From: Spirochaetaceae bacterium
GTDB taxonomy: Bacteria; Spirochaetota; Spirochaetia; DSM-2461
Assembly (NCBI GenBank): GCA_051531975.1
Contig: JAOPTT010000007.1
Coordinates: 216,985-280,984, forward strand
Direction: 5' to 3'
DNA length: 64,000 nucleotides
Part shown: in pieces, positions 39,919 to 49,980 of the stretch
Layout of the letters: each line of letters begins with the position of its first letter
Numbering within the stretch: the first letter of the stretch is position 1
The notes under the pieces: model-generated
Told to the model about the DNA's origin: nothing
Databases searched by the model: none
Seen by the model: the letters and a program-made list of their open reading frames with translations, nothing else
Translations under genes and position numbers: made by a program

Positions 39919-42318
39919 ATGCCATATAAAATTAAATATAAGTTGTTACGGTGGATATTGCTACTTACTTTTGCATTATTACTCCTATTTACGAATGTAG
40001 TATTACTTTCTAGTAAAATAGCATATAAAAATAGCTCAGAAATTTCAGTTTCAAATATACTATCACAGATTAATAGGAATATATCTTTTAAGTTACAAGA
40101 TATTAGCAACAGTACTATTAGTTTATATAGCAATGCAAAGGTAATGGAAGTAATTGGAAAAGATACCGATATTTCCCTATCTGATCACAATAATGATAGG
40201 GAAAATATAAATAATATTTTAAGGGATATAACAAAAATAAAAAGTAATCTTTTCATTCAAATTTATGATTCAGCACGAGATGTTATAGGAACAGATAAAG
40301 ATTTAGGTCGCTTTTCTAGTCATAGGACTACAACCTTAGTTGATTATAATAAACTTATTAAAGATCCTCTGTTTAAAGAGTTAGATAATAATAAAAATAG
40401 AGTCTCTTATGGTTTTTTAAATCAAGAAACTTGGGTCCATAATAATGATTTCATCGTAATGCTTAGAATGATAAATAGAGGTATCTTTAATTCAGGTATA
40501 ACCTATGAAGAGTACTCTAATAATATCGATATTGACGATGATATTGGAATAATTGTATGTAGTATAAGGAAAAATGGTTTATATAATATATACAAGGATT
40601 CTGTATTAGTTGATAAGGGTAATATCTATTTAATAAAAGATAATGGAGATCTTATAAGTACATCAGATGATAATCTCGATTCTAACTCTCCAATAGATAT
40701 TGGCTTTTTCAAAAAGTTTAATAATCAGACTAGTGGCAGTAAATGGATAGAATTAGATAACAAATTAGTCCTAGTTAATTTTGTCAAAGATGATTCATTT
40801 AATTATTATCTGTATTCTATTCAACCAGTTTCTTATATATTAAAAGACTATTATATAATTCGTAATATTATATTTTTGATTTCATTAATAACTGCTATTA
40901 TTATTATTTTATTAACTCTCTTTATCGCAGGATATTTTACAAAACCAATAGAACTTTTAACTTTCCATATGCGTAATTATATTCAGGAGAACTCTGTTAT
41001 AGATATAGAGGATAAAATCTCTAGATCCCTAGAGAGTCAGATAACGTCAAAAAATGAAATTGGTTTATTGGCTGATACTTTTATCTGGATGTTGCAAAGT
41101 CAAAAAAAACTAAGGGAAGAGATTGTTTATAGAGAAAGAATAAAAAGAGAACAACAAGAAAAATCAAGAGATTATATGCTGGCAATTCTTAACTCGTTAC
41201 CGTCAATGTTAATTGCAATAAATAAAATGTTTATAATTACCCAGTGGAATACAACAACTGAGTTAGAAACAGGGATAAGTGCCTCGGTCGCAATTAATAA
41301 AATATTATGGGATGTATTACCATATTTTTCTGGGAGTAAAACTGATATTAAAGATTTAGTGTGTAATGAAAAAGTCTCAATATTAGAATACAAAAATGTT
41401 TTTAGGGATGAGCAATATTACAATATATCAATTGTTCCACTGTCTGACAGTGATTCTAAAGGGGCAATAATTAGAATAGATAATGTAACAGAAAAAGTTA
41501 AAGTAGGTGAAGTTTTAGTACAAAGTGAAAAGATGTTATCAGTTGGTGGGTTAGCCGCAGGTATGGCACATGAAATTAATAATCCCCTTGGTGGGATGAT
41601 GCAGAGTTCAAGTGTTATCTCTAATAGACTAATTAATAACATAAATATGCCTGCAAATATTAGAGCTGCTGAAGAAGCAGGAACTACTACGGTCGCAATT
41701 AAAAAGTTTATGGAGCTAAGAAAAATCCCTAGAATGTTAAGTAGTATCCATGATTCAGGTATGTTAATTAAAGGTATTGTGCAAAATATGTTAAGTTTTT
41801 CAAGAAAAGCTGGAGATATAAGTTCTAGTCATGATTTACAAGATGTAATAGAAAAATCAATAGAATTAGCTGCAACAGAGAGCGAAGATAACAGAGAATA
41901 TTATTTTAGAAGTGTAAAAATCATAAGATCCTTGGATTCAAATATTCCATTTGTCCAATGTGATAAAATAAAATTACAACAAGTAATACTTAATATATTA
42001 AGAAATGCATCACATGCCATGTATGATGCAAAGACAAAGGATCCAGAAATCTTAGTTAAATTATCTTTAACTAACTCTGGGGAGAAAATAGATTTAATAA
42101 TTAAAGATAATGGTCCAGGAATGACAGAGGATATACGTAAAAGGGTTTTTGAGCCATTTTTTACGACAAAGAGTGTTGGGCTTGGAACAGGGTTAGGACT
42201 TAGTGTCTCTTATTTTATTATAAAAGAAAATCACTTTGGAGATTTAAGTGTTGAAAGTAGTCCTGGGAATGGTGCTAAGTTTTTAATCTCATTACCATTA
42301 AAACAGGGGTCAAATTAA
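39919..42318 (+). CDS. Sensor histidine kinase (Cache-like - HAMP - PAS - HisKA - HATPase)
   Basis: Two TM segments, NEIG.LA HAMP, PAS, GMAHEINNPL, DNGPG, PFFTTK, GTGLGL. Confidence 0.9.
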   Translation: MPYKIKYKLLRWILLLTFALLLLFTNVVLLSSKIAYKNSSEISVSNILSQINRNISFKLQDISNSTISLYSNAKVMEVIGKDTDISLSDHNNDRENINNILRDITKIKSNLFIQIYDSARDVIGTDKDLGRFSSHRTTTLVDYNKLIKDPLFKELDNNKNRVSYGFLNQETWVHNNDFIVMLRMINRGIFNSGITYEEYSNNIDIDDDIGIIVCSIRKNGLYNIYKDSVLVDKGNIYLIKDNGDLISTSDDNLDSNSPIDIGFFKKFNNQTSGSKWIELDNKLVLVNFVKDDSFNYYLYSIQPVSYILKDYYIIRNIIFLISLITAIIIILLTLFIAGYFTKPIELLTFHMRNYIQENSVIDIEDKISRSLESQITSKNEIGLLADTFIWMLQSQKKLREEIVYRERIKREQQEKSRDYMLAILNSLPSMLIAINKMFIITQWNTTTELETGISASVAINKILWDVLPYFSGSKTDIKDLVCNEKVSILEYKNVFRDEQYYNISIVPLSDSDSKGAIIRIDNVTEKVKVGEVLVQSEKMLSVGGLAAGMAHEINNPLGGMMQSSSVISNRLINNINMPANIRAAEEAGTTTVAIKKFMELRKIPRMLSSIHDSGMLIKGIVQNMLSFSRKAGDISSSHDLQDVIEKSIELAATESEDNREYYFRSVKIIRSLDSNIPFVQCDKIKLQQVILNILRNASHAMYDAKTKDPEILVKLSLTNSGEKIDLIIKDNGPGMTEDIRKRVFEPFFTTKSVGLGTGLGLSVSYFIIKENHFGDLSVESSPGNGAKFLISLPLKQGSN

Positions 42319-43067
42319 TCTCTCTCAATATTTACATGTTTAACCACTGTAAAAAGACTGTTTTTTTTAAACTCAATTAGACGCCAACCTGGAATATAGC
42401 TAGATACAATAAAATCTTCCTCTTTATCATCAATCTGAAATAGAGTAGATGGTGTTAGATATATATTTTGATTTTTATACTTAATGTGTATATCAGCATG
42501 GTAATGTCCACAAAAAATAGTTAACTCTTTTTCTACACTTTGAAAAGTTCCTTGGACTTCATCGATATTTTGTAATGGAAAGTTTGAATCCATAAAGTTA
42601 TGACCTAAAAATGTAGGTGGATGATGCATAAATACTATTATTGGTTTTTCACTTTTTTTAACTTCATCCTTGAACCAACTTTGTTGTTTTTTAGATAGCA
42701 TATTAGGGCAGGTATCCATAAATATTAGTTTATAATCTTCTGATGGTAACGTAAAAAATATCTGTCCATCTTTATATGTATCACCTAGATCAAATATCTG
42801 ATTAATCATAGACACATTATCATGATTCCCAGGTATTATATCGTAGGAAAAATTATACTTTTCTAGTCTCTCTTTAAGCCACTCATATATGTAAATTTTA
42901 GGAAATTCGAGGCATATATCTCCAGTTATAAATAGATGTTCTATACCTTGTTTTTTAATATCTTCAAATATTCTAATTAAATTATCTTTACCATTAGTGT
43001 TAAATGGCATTAGTTCTTTTTTATCTATATGCAGATCAGTTATCTGAGCAACTTTCTTATAAGTCAT
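42315..43067 (-). CDS. CpdA/Icc-like metallophosphoesterase (candidate cAMP phosphodiesterase)
   Basis: TDLH, TGD, PGNHD, HHPP, GHYH motifs. Confidence 0.8.
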   Translation of the reverse strand: MTYKKVAQITDLHIDKKELMPFNTNGKDNLIRIFEDIKKQGIEHLFITGDICLEFPKIYIYEWLKERLEKYNFSYDIIPGNHDNVSMINQIFDLGDTYKDGQIFFTLPSEDYKLIFMDTCPNMLSKKQQSWFKDEVKKSEKPIIVFMHHPPTFLGHNFMDSNFPLQNIDEVQGTFQSVEKELTIFCGHYHADIHIKYKNQNIYLTPSTLFQIDDKEEDFIVSSYIPGWRLIEFKKNSLFTVVKHVNIERD

Positions 43068-43195
43068 GCTTAATTATAATACCTAATCTTTATAGCTTCA
43101 AGTATAAAAATGTTAGTCTTAATATTATACATAAGAACCATTACTATAATATCACTGCTTAATTTATGAAAAAGCAATAGCTGGAAAGATTAATG

Positions 43196-43245
43196 ATTTA
43201 TTCAATATAAACATGTAGTTTAATTTAACTTTATATTGAATAAAT
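43196..43245. repeat. Perfect 16-bp inverted repeat between divergent genes
   Basis: ATTTATTCAATATAAA-18nt-TTTATATTGAATAAAT. Confidence 0.7.
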
Positions 43246-43342
43246 ACTTCCATCCTATATAATCAAAGTATATTTATATAAATTCTGTTAGTAAAATTGG
43301 CCGGTTTTATATGATAACTTCTTTTAAATTATAGAGTAGAAA

Positions 43343-45325
43343 ATGGTAATTAGTCAGTTAAGTAAAAAAATAGTTATGGTCACAGTTTTATTTGGCTTTA
43401 TGCTCTTTGTAGTTTTATTAAGTATTGAAAACTATATAAGTTATAATAAATCAGTGCAAAGTGTTTATGATAGCCATGATTATATCCAAAAATCTTCTAT
43501 TACAAGCATAAGTGAAAGTTTATGGGTAATGGATTATAATCAGATTGATAATTTGTTAAATGGTTTAATAATACTTGATAACATAAAAAGTATAACTATT
43601 AACTTAGATGGAGAAGTATATGCTCAAAAATCTACAAATCTTAAATCAATAGATGTAATTACAAATATACCTCTTACATATATTAAAAAAAGTGAGAAGG
43701 TCATCCTGGGAGAATTAATAATACATAGTAGTTTTGATGAGATTAAACAAAATATGTATGAAAAATTTTTTGGAAATGTTCCAATATATGGAATTGGGAT
43801 ATTAATGTTTTTAATATTTTTATTAATAGCCATACATAATATTATAACAAGACACCTGATAGATTTTGTAAAATATATTGATGTTCAAAACAAAAGAGAT
43901 AACTTTGAACCATTTCGCATAAACAGAGTGCTAAAGTATAAAAACAGACCAGATGAATTAGAGATAACTTTTGAATCCTATAATCAAGCAGCTAAGAAAT
44001 TATATATAGCAATAACCACACTTAAAAAAAATGAAGTAGAGCTTCAAAATCATAGAGATCATTTAGAAGCTATTGTAAAAAAGAGAACTTCGGAACTAAA
44101 CGAAACAATACTTGAGTTAAAGTCTACAAAGAAGGAGATGGATTCCTTAGTTTCTGATCTAATATATTCTAAAGAGTTAGCCGAAAAATCTACCACTGCT
44201 AAAAGTGAATTTCTTGCAAATATGAGCCATGAGATACGAACCCCTATGAATGGTATAATTGGAATAAGTGCAATCCTACAAGATAGTGAACTATCAGATG
44301 ATCAAAAAACTTATTTAGACATGATAACATCCTCAGCCGATGATCTATTAAATATTATTAACGACATTTTAGATTTTTCTAAAATAGAAGCTGGAAAAAT
44401 GGATGTCGAAGTAGCTGAGTTTAATATAGATGAATTAATGTCCCAGGTATTAGGCCAATTTTTTCTTAAAGCAAAAGAAAAAAAAATTGAGTTATCTACA
44501 GCTATATCAAAGGATATTCCATCAGTTGTTTTAGGTGATTCTTTAAGACTTAAACAGATTTTAATAAATTTAATAAATAACGCAATTAAGTTTACACATA
44601 AAGGGCATGTATTAGTTTCAGGAAAAGTAATTAGTAGAGAAGAGAGAGGAATTGTAGTTGAATTTTTAATCCGGGACTCTGGTATTGGAATAGCTAAGGA
44701 CAAATTAGGGGAGATCTTTAAACCTTTTTCACAAGCTGATAATTCTACTTCCAGAAAATATGGTGGTACCGGGTTAGGTTTAAGTATTTGTAATAAGCTA
44801 GTTACATTGCTTGGAGGCTCAATAAAAGTTGAAAGCCAAGTAGATAAAGGTAGTGAATTCTCTTTTACTATATTTTTAGAATATTCTGATGATATAGAAA
44901 GTCGTGTATCTATTCATGAAGAAACTAAGTCATTTTCAAAGTCTTCTGATACATCTAAACTTAATGGGACCAATATATTAGTTGTAGAAGATATAGATAT
45001 TAATCAAGAAGTGATAAAAGCCACATTAGAGAGATTACAAATAAATGTAGATATAGTCGACAATGGATTTTCTGCAATAACTATGGTTCAGAAAAAAAAT
45101 TATGACTTTGTATTAATGGATATACAAATGCCAGTAATGAATGGCTATGAATCGACTAAAAAAATTAGGAGTATTCCTGAATTTAGAGAACTTCCTATTA
45201 TCGCGATGACTGCAAATGCAATGAAAGGAGATAAAGAGAAGTCTCTTGATGCAGGTTTAACCGACTATATTTCTAAACCAGTAAATAGAGATGAGCTCTA
45301 CTCTATTTTACTAAAATGGATATAA
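43343..45325 (+). CDS. Hybrid sensor kinase (HisKA-HATPase-REC, no Hpt)
   Basis: Two TM segments, [37 protein letters not shown]...KP. Confidence 0.92.
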   Translation: MVISQLSKKIVMVTVLFGFMLFVVLLSIENYISYNKSVQSVYDSHDYIQKSSITSISESLWVMDYNQIDNLLNGLIILDNIKSITINLDGEVYAQKSTNLKSIDVITNIPLTYIKKSEKVILGELIIHSSFDEIKQNMYEKFFGNVPIYGIGILMFLIFLLIAIHNIITRHLIDFVKYIDVQNKRDNFEPFRINRVLKYKNRPDELEITFESYNQAAKKLYIAITTLKKNEVELQNHRDHLEAIVKKRTSELNETILELKSTKKEMDSLVSDLIYSKELAEKSTTAKSEFLANMSHEIRTPMNGIIGISAILQDSELSDDQKTYLDMITSSADDLLNIINDILDFSKIEAGKMDVEVAEFNIDELMSQVLGQFFLKAKEKKIELSTAISKDIPSVVLGDSLRLKQILINLINNAIKFTHKGHVLVSGKVISREERGIVVEFLIRDSGIGIAKDKLGEIFKPFSQADNSTSRKYGGTGLGLSICNKLVTLLGGSIKVESQVDKGSEFSFTIFLEYSDDIESRVSIHEETKSFSKSSDTSKLNGTNILVVEDIDINQEVIKATLERLQINVDIVDNGFSAITMVQKKNYDFVLMDIQMPVMNGYESTKKIRSIPEFRELPIIAMTANAMKGDKEKSLDAGLTDYISKPVNRDELYSILLKWI

Positions 45326-46341
45326 TTTTTTAAATCACTAATAAATTTATCGACATCTTTTTCATCTGTAATCCATGATGTTACTAATCTTATAGAACTT
45401 TTTTTATCGTCTATTTTACTCCAGATATAAAATCCAAAATGTTTTTCAAGTCTGCTAATAATTTTATTTGGTAGTATTGGAAAGATCTGATTTGTATATG
45501 ATTTAAATTGAACTTCTAATCCTAATTTAATGATTTCATCCTGAAGCTTTTTTGCCATAATATTTGCATGTCTAGCTAGATCAAAATATAGGTCATTTTT
45601 GAATAGAGTTAAAAACTGTATTCCCAATATTCTTCCTTTTGCTAACATAGCACCTTTCTGCTTTATCAGATATCTAAAATCCTTTTTTAAATAATTATTA
45701 GATATTACTAGAGCTTCACCTAACATAGCTCCATTTTTAGTACCGCCTATGTAAAAAGCATCTGTTAGTTCTACAAAATCAGTTAAAGTTAAATCATTTT
45801 TTTTTGATGTAAGGGCAGAACCTAATCTGGCCCCATCTACAAAAAGATATAAATCTAATCTATCACATATTTTTCGTAGTTCAATAAGTTCAGCTTTAGA
45901 ATATATTGTTCCGATCTCCGTAGATTGGGAAATATATACAAGTTTTGGTTTTACCATATGTTCAAAATGATGTTCAATTACAACACTCTCTACCTGTTCT
46001 GGGCTAATTTTTCCATTAGTTGTCTCTATTGGAAATACTTTGTGCCCAGTGGCCTCGATAGCCCCAGTTTCATGGACATATATATGTCCTGATTTTGGGC
46101 TAATTACAGCTTCATGGGGTCTAAGGAAAGATGAGATTGTAAGTAAGTTTGTTAAAGTACCACCTGCAATAAAATGAATATCGACATCATCTGAACCAAT
46201 TTTATCTTTTAATAATTTAATAGCTTGGGCTGTATAGATATCCTCACCATAACCATCTTGTTGGTTATTAAATGATTCTCCTAAAGCTTTAATTATATCA
46301 GGGTGCCCCCCATCGGAATAATCATTTTTAAAACTTATCAT
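45298..46341 (-). CDS. ltaE: Low-specificity L-threonine aldolase
   Basis: [27 protein letters not shown] (PLP lysine). Confidence 0.88.
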   Translation of the reverse strand: MISFKNDYSDGGHPDIIKALGESFNNQQDGYGEDIYTAQAIKLLKDKIGSDDVDIHFIAGGTLTNLLTISSFLRPHEAVISPKSGHIYVHETGAIEATGHKVFPIETTNGKISPEQVESVVIEHHFEHMVKPKLVYISQSTEIGTIYSKAELIELRKICDRLDLYLFVDGARLGSALTSKKNDLTLTDFVELTDAFYIGGTKNGAMLGEALVISNNYLKKDFRYLIKQKGAMLAKGRILGIQFLTLFKNDLYFDLARHANIMAKKLQDEIIKLGLEVQFKSYTNQIFPILPNKIISRLEKHFGFYIWSKIDDKKSSIRLVTSWITDEKDVDKFISDLKNYIHFSKIE

Positions 46342-48022
46342 CGTTAATGTTCCTTAGCCAATCACTGGCAACTTTTGCTACTTCAGAGATTGTGTTTGTA
46401 TTAAATGGATTTTGTAGACCAGCATCTTCTACTAATTTTAAAAATGACTTAGTACCACCCTGTTTACATAAAGTTAAATAGCTATTCCAAGCAGCTTCAT
46501 GGTCTTTATTATCCTTATCCCAATATTGTAACGCACAAATTTGTGCCAATGTATAATCTATATAATAAAAAGGTAGCTCATAAATGTGTGCCTGTCTTTG
46601 CCATAATCCACCCTGTTCTAAATATGGAATACCACCAAAATCTATATTAGGATAGTATTTCTTTTGACAATCTTTCCAAAAACCGTGTCTCTGTGCTGGT
46701 GTTGCTTCTGGTTTCTCGTAAACCATGTGCTGAAACTCATCAACCATTACGCCATATGGAATAAATGTTAATGCACTGGATAGATGCCCATATTTATATT
46801 TATCTTCATCTTCCTTAAAGAAATTTTTCATCCATGGCCAAGCAAAAAACTCCATACTCATAGAGTGAATTTCACAACATTCGTATGTTGGCCATAAATA
46901 CTCAATGAATTTATGATTCATACTACTGTAAACCTGAAATGCATGGCCAGCTTCATGGGTTAATACGTCAACATCTGCAGAGGTTCCGTTAAAGTTAGAA
47001 AAAATGAAAGGCATTCCAAATTGTGGTAATAACTCACAATATCCCCCTCCAGATTTACCTTCTCTTGTTTCAAGGTCTAGTAGTTCTTTGTCCACCATAA
47101 AGTTAAAAAACTCTGATGTTTCAGGAGACAATTGGTCATACATATCTTTAGCTTGCTGTATCATCCAATTTTTATCACCTTTAGGTGTAGGGTTTCCACT
47201 TGGAAATATAAATGTTTTATCCCAGAATTTTGGATCTTCTAGTTTTAGTCTTTTCCACTGTCTGGTATATAGTTCCTCAGCTATTGGTACAATATGTTCC
47301 TGTACAGCTTTTCTATAAGTTGCAACCATAGAGGCATCGTAGTCGGATCTAAACATTTTGTAATAACCAAAAGGAATATAATTCTCATAACCCATTTTTT
47401 TAGCCATAGATGTTCTAACTTTAACAAGTTTATCATAGATGTCATCTAACTCATTTTGGTTTTCTGTAAAATATTGATACTGTGCCTTAACTGATTCTTT
47501 TCTAACATTCCTATCCTTATCTTCGTGAAATGTAGCAATTCCAGATAAATTGAAAGTCTCCCCCTTAAAAGGAATCTTGGCACTAGAAAGTAATTTGTTA
47601 TATCTAGATGATAACTCATTTTCCTTCTGCATATCTTCTATTATTTTTGGCGAAAATGATTTTATCTTCATCTCTGCAAGGGTAAACATCTGCTCTCCAA
47701 AGTGGACTTTTAATTCATCTATGAATTTAGATGAAATTAGTTCCTTAAAATATGTCGTTACCAGATCCTCGTATAGTGGTAGGTTTTTATCAAAGAAGCT
47801 ATTTTCAGTATCGTAAAGTACTACTCTAGTATCTTGTGTATGTCTCATATGGGCTAACGATGCCATAGACTCAAAAAGGACTCTCTCATTGTTTATTTTT
47901 TCTATTATTTCTATCTGTATATTAAGTGTTATTGAATTTGTAAATTCTGATATCAGCCCAACCATCTTGTTTTTTAACTGATCCATATCTGGTCTTTTGT
48001 AAGGTAATTCTGAAAATGTCAT
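46328..48022 (-). CDS. M3 family oligoendopeptidase F
   Basis: GK..GGYC, HEAGH zinc motif, EIHSMSME, PFYYIDY. Confidence 0.93.
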   Translation of the reverse strand: MTFSELPYKRPDMDQLKNKMVGLISEFTNSITLNIQIEIIEKINNERVLFESMASLAHMRHTQDTRVVLYDTENSFFDKNLPLYEDLVTTYFKELISSKFIDELKVHFGEQMFTLAEMKIKSFSPKIIEDMQKENELSSRYNKLLSSAKIPFKGETFNLSGIATFHEDKDRNVRKESVKAQYQYFTENQNELDDIYDKLVKVRTSMAKKMGYENYIPFGYYKMFRSDYDASMVATYRKAVQEHIVPIAEELYTRQWKRLKLEDPKFWDKTFIFPSGNPTPKGDKNWMIQQAKDMYDQLSPETSEFFNFMVDKELLDLETREGKSGGGYCELLPQFGMPFIFSNFNGTSADVDVLTHEAGHAFQVYSSMNHKFIEYLWPTYECCEIHSMSMEFFAWPWMKNFFKEDEDKYKYGHLSSALTFIPYGVMVDEFQHMVYEKPEATPAQRHGFWKDCQKKYYPNIDFGGIPYLEQGGLWQRQAHIYELPFYYIDYTLAQICALQYWDKDNKDHEAAWNSYLTLCKQGGTKSFLKLVEDAGLQNPFNTNTISEVAKVASDWLRNINDDKF

Positions 48023-48149
48023 TTTTAACTCCTATAAGCTATAATAAGTTTTGTTTCTATATTTGGCAATAATTTGTTTATATTCAAAAAAAACTTTCTA
48101 CATTGCCTATTAAAGCTTAGAATAAAAGTAGACCTTTAGGAGGTTTATA

Positions 48150-48452
48150 ATGGCAGAGAAGCGTGGTAGCAAAAGATTTATGATTATATCCAAAGTTGAA
48201 TGCTTCAAAACATCCGGGGAGACTATAAACCTTAGTAGAAAAGGTATGCAGATAAAATATGAGACAGAACTTCCAATAAATACCCCTATCTCTTTTTTTG
48301 TTTTTTTACCTAATAGTGGAATGTTAACTGTTAATGGTAGAATCTTGTGGTATAACGAGCACAGTGTTTGTGGTATTAAATTCGAAAACAATCCACTAAA
48401 AGTTAGGCTTTGGTGGAACTTTTATATTCTAAAATTATGGTTTGGGTATTAA
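48150..48452 (+). CDS. Single-domain PilZ protein
   Basis: RGSKR (RxxxR) and NLSRKG (N/DxSxxG) motifs, G.I.W, GIKF; SD AGGAGG. Confidence 0.78.
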   Translation: MAEKRGSKRFMIISKVECFKTSGETINLSRKGMQIKYETELPINTPISFFVFLPNSGMLTVNGRILWYNEHSVCGIKFENNPLKVRLWWNFYILKLWFGY

Positions 48453-49264
48453 CCCAAAGCTACATCTAATACCATCATTGTTGCAAAACCTAACATAGCA
48501 CCAACTGTTGACCAATCGGTCTCTTGTCCAGTTTGAGATTCTGGAATTAGCTCTTCAACAACTACAAAAATCATTGCACCTGCAGCAAAAGAGAGAGCGT
48601 AGGGTAATAGTGGAGTCATTTTAAGAACCAATAATGCTCCAATAACACCTGCTATTGGTTCCACAATTCCAGATAATTGACCATATGTAAAAGCCTTAAA
48701 CCTTGAAAATCCTTCTCTTCTTAATGGTACAGATACAGCGGCACCTTCTGGGAAATTTTGTAAACCAATTCCAAGTGCTAATGCAATAGCCCCTGTTAAT
48801 ACTCCAATGGTTGAATTATGGGCTAATGCTCCAAAAGCAACCCCTACAGCTAGGCCTTCTGGTATGTTATGCAATGTAATAGACAGTACTAAAAGTACAC
48901 TACGTTGCCAGCTGGTTTTGATCCCTTCTGCTTTGTCTATTGTTAAACCCATATGCAAATGTGGAAGTAGTTTGTCCACTAAAAAAAGAAACACTCCCCC
49001 ACTTAAAAAACCTACAAGAGCAGGTACCCATGGTATTCCTCCTAGCTCTTCAGTTAATTCAATCGCTGGCTTTAATAGAGACCAAAAACTAGCAGCAATC
49101 ATAACTCCAGCAGCAAAACCTAACATGGAGTTATTTACTCTTTTGTTTATATTCTTAAAAAAGAAAACCATAGCAGATCCGGCAGCTGTTAAAAACCAAG
49201 TAAACAGAGTAGCAAATAGTGCTAAGATTATGGGGTTTATATCTAATAATGATTCTAAATTCAT
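48449..49264 (-). CDS. ZIP family metal transporter (GufA/ZupT-like)
   Basis: LHNIPEGLAVG, QNFPEG, VVEELIPE. Confidence 0.92.
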   Translation of the reverse strand: MNLESLLDINPIILALFATLFTWFLTAAGSAMVFFFKNINKRVNNSMLGFAAGVMIAASFWSLLKPAIELTEELGGIPWVPALVGFLSGGVFLFLVDKLLPHLHMGLTIDKAEGIKTSWQRSVLLVLSITLHNIPEGLAVGVAFGALAHNSTIGVLTGAIALALGIGLQNFPEGAAVSVPLRREGFSRFKAFTYGQLSGIVEPIAGVIGALLVLKMTPLLPYALSFAAGAMIFVVVEELIPESQTGQETDWSTVGAMLGFATMMVLDVALG

Positions 49265-49330
49265 CTTTTTATATCCTTCTTAATATTAAATTTAATTCAT
49301 TTTAACATAAATTATTGAATTATTATTTCG

Positions 49331-49359
49331 TTGACTTAAGCTATATAGAATAATATTAT
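49331..49359 (+). promoter_or_regulatory. sigma70 promoter of the phosphorelay operon
   Basis: TTGACT-17-TATTAT. Confidence 0.6.
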
Positions 49360-49394
49360 TAAGTATAATCAAAAACAGAGGGAAATAAACGGTA

Positions 49395-49979
49395 ATGGAT
49401 AAAAATGGATTAAACTTTTTAACTATTGATTCTGACGATGGTTTGGATCGAGTTGGAGGTGACATTGAGTTCTATAAAGAACTATTATTAAGCTTTTTTG
49501 AAAGCTTTTCCACTGCTGAAGAAAAGTACCATAAGTTAATTCAAGAATCTGATATTACTAGCGCTAGAATTATAATTCATTCTATTAAAGGTGCTTCAGG
49601 TAATATCGGGGCAAAAGAGTTACAAAAAGTCGCAGGTTTATTAGAGGATTCAATAAAGACTGGGGATATAAACAGAGGGTTAGAACCCGCAGTTTTTGAA
49701 AGTCTTAATAAAACTATTCTAGAAATTGAATCTATTAAAATTGCAAAACCAGAAATAGACCTGACTACCCTAATATCTTCTTTAAAGCAGTTAGTTAAAC
49801 TTGAAGGCAGTAAATCTCCTATGCCTTTTAAACAGATATTCTCATTTCTAAATAGATACTCGTATCCACAAAATATTCAAGACAAAGTTGAGCAGATTGT
49901 ACTTAATGGTAAGAGGTACAAATTTAATGATTCTGTAAATGAAGCTAAGACACTTATTCAAAATATTGGAGAGGCCTAA
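49395..49979 (+). CDS. Stand-alone Hpt phosphotransfer protein
   Basis: GL.RVGG...[16 protein letters not shown]. Confidence 0.85.
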   Translation: MDKNGLNFLTIDSDDGLDRVGGDIEFYKELLLSFFESFSTAEEKYHKLIQESDITSARIIIHSIKGASGNIGAKELQKVAGLLEDSIKTGDINRGLEPAVFESLNKTILEIESIKIAKPEIDLTTLISSLKQLVKLEGSKSPMPFKQIFSFLNRYSYPQNIQDKVEQIVLNGKRYKFNDSVNEAKTLIQNIGEA

Positions 49980-49980
49980 T

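Noticed and set aside
36526..40133. ORFs 36526-36837(+) and 39873-40133(-) spanning divergent promoters, and 48110-48391(-)
   Set aside because: They overlap well-supported genes on the opposite strand and have shadow-ORF composition
48063..48080. TGGCA as a second sigma54 promoter
   Set aside because: No TTGC at -12; the reverse strand reads TTGCCA-17-TATTAT, a sigma70 promoter for the peptidase gene
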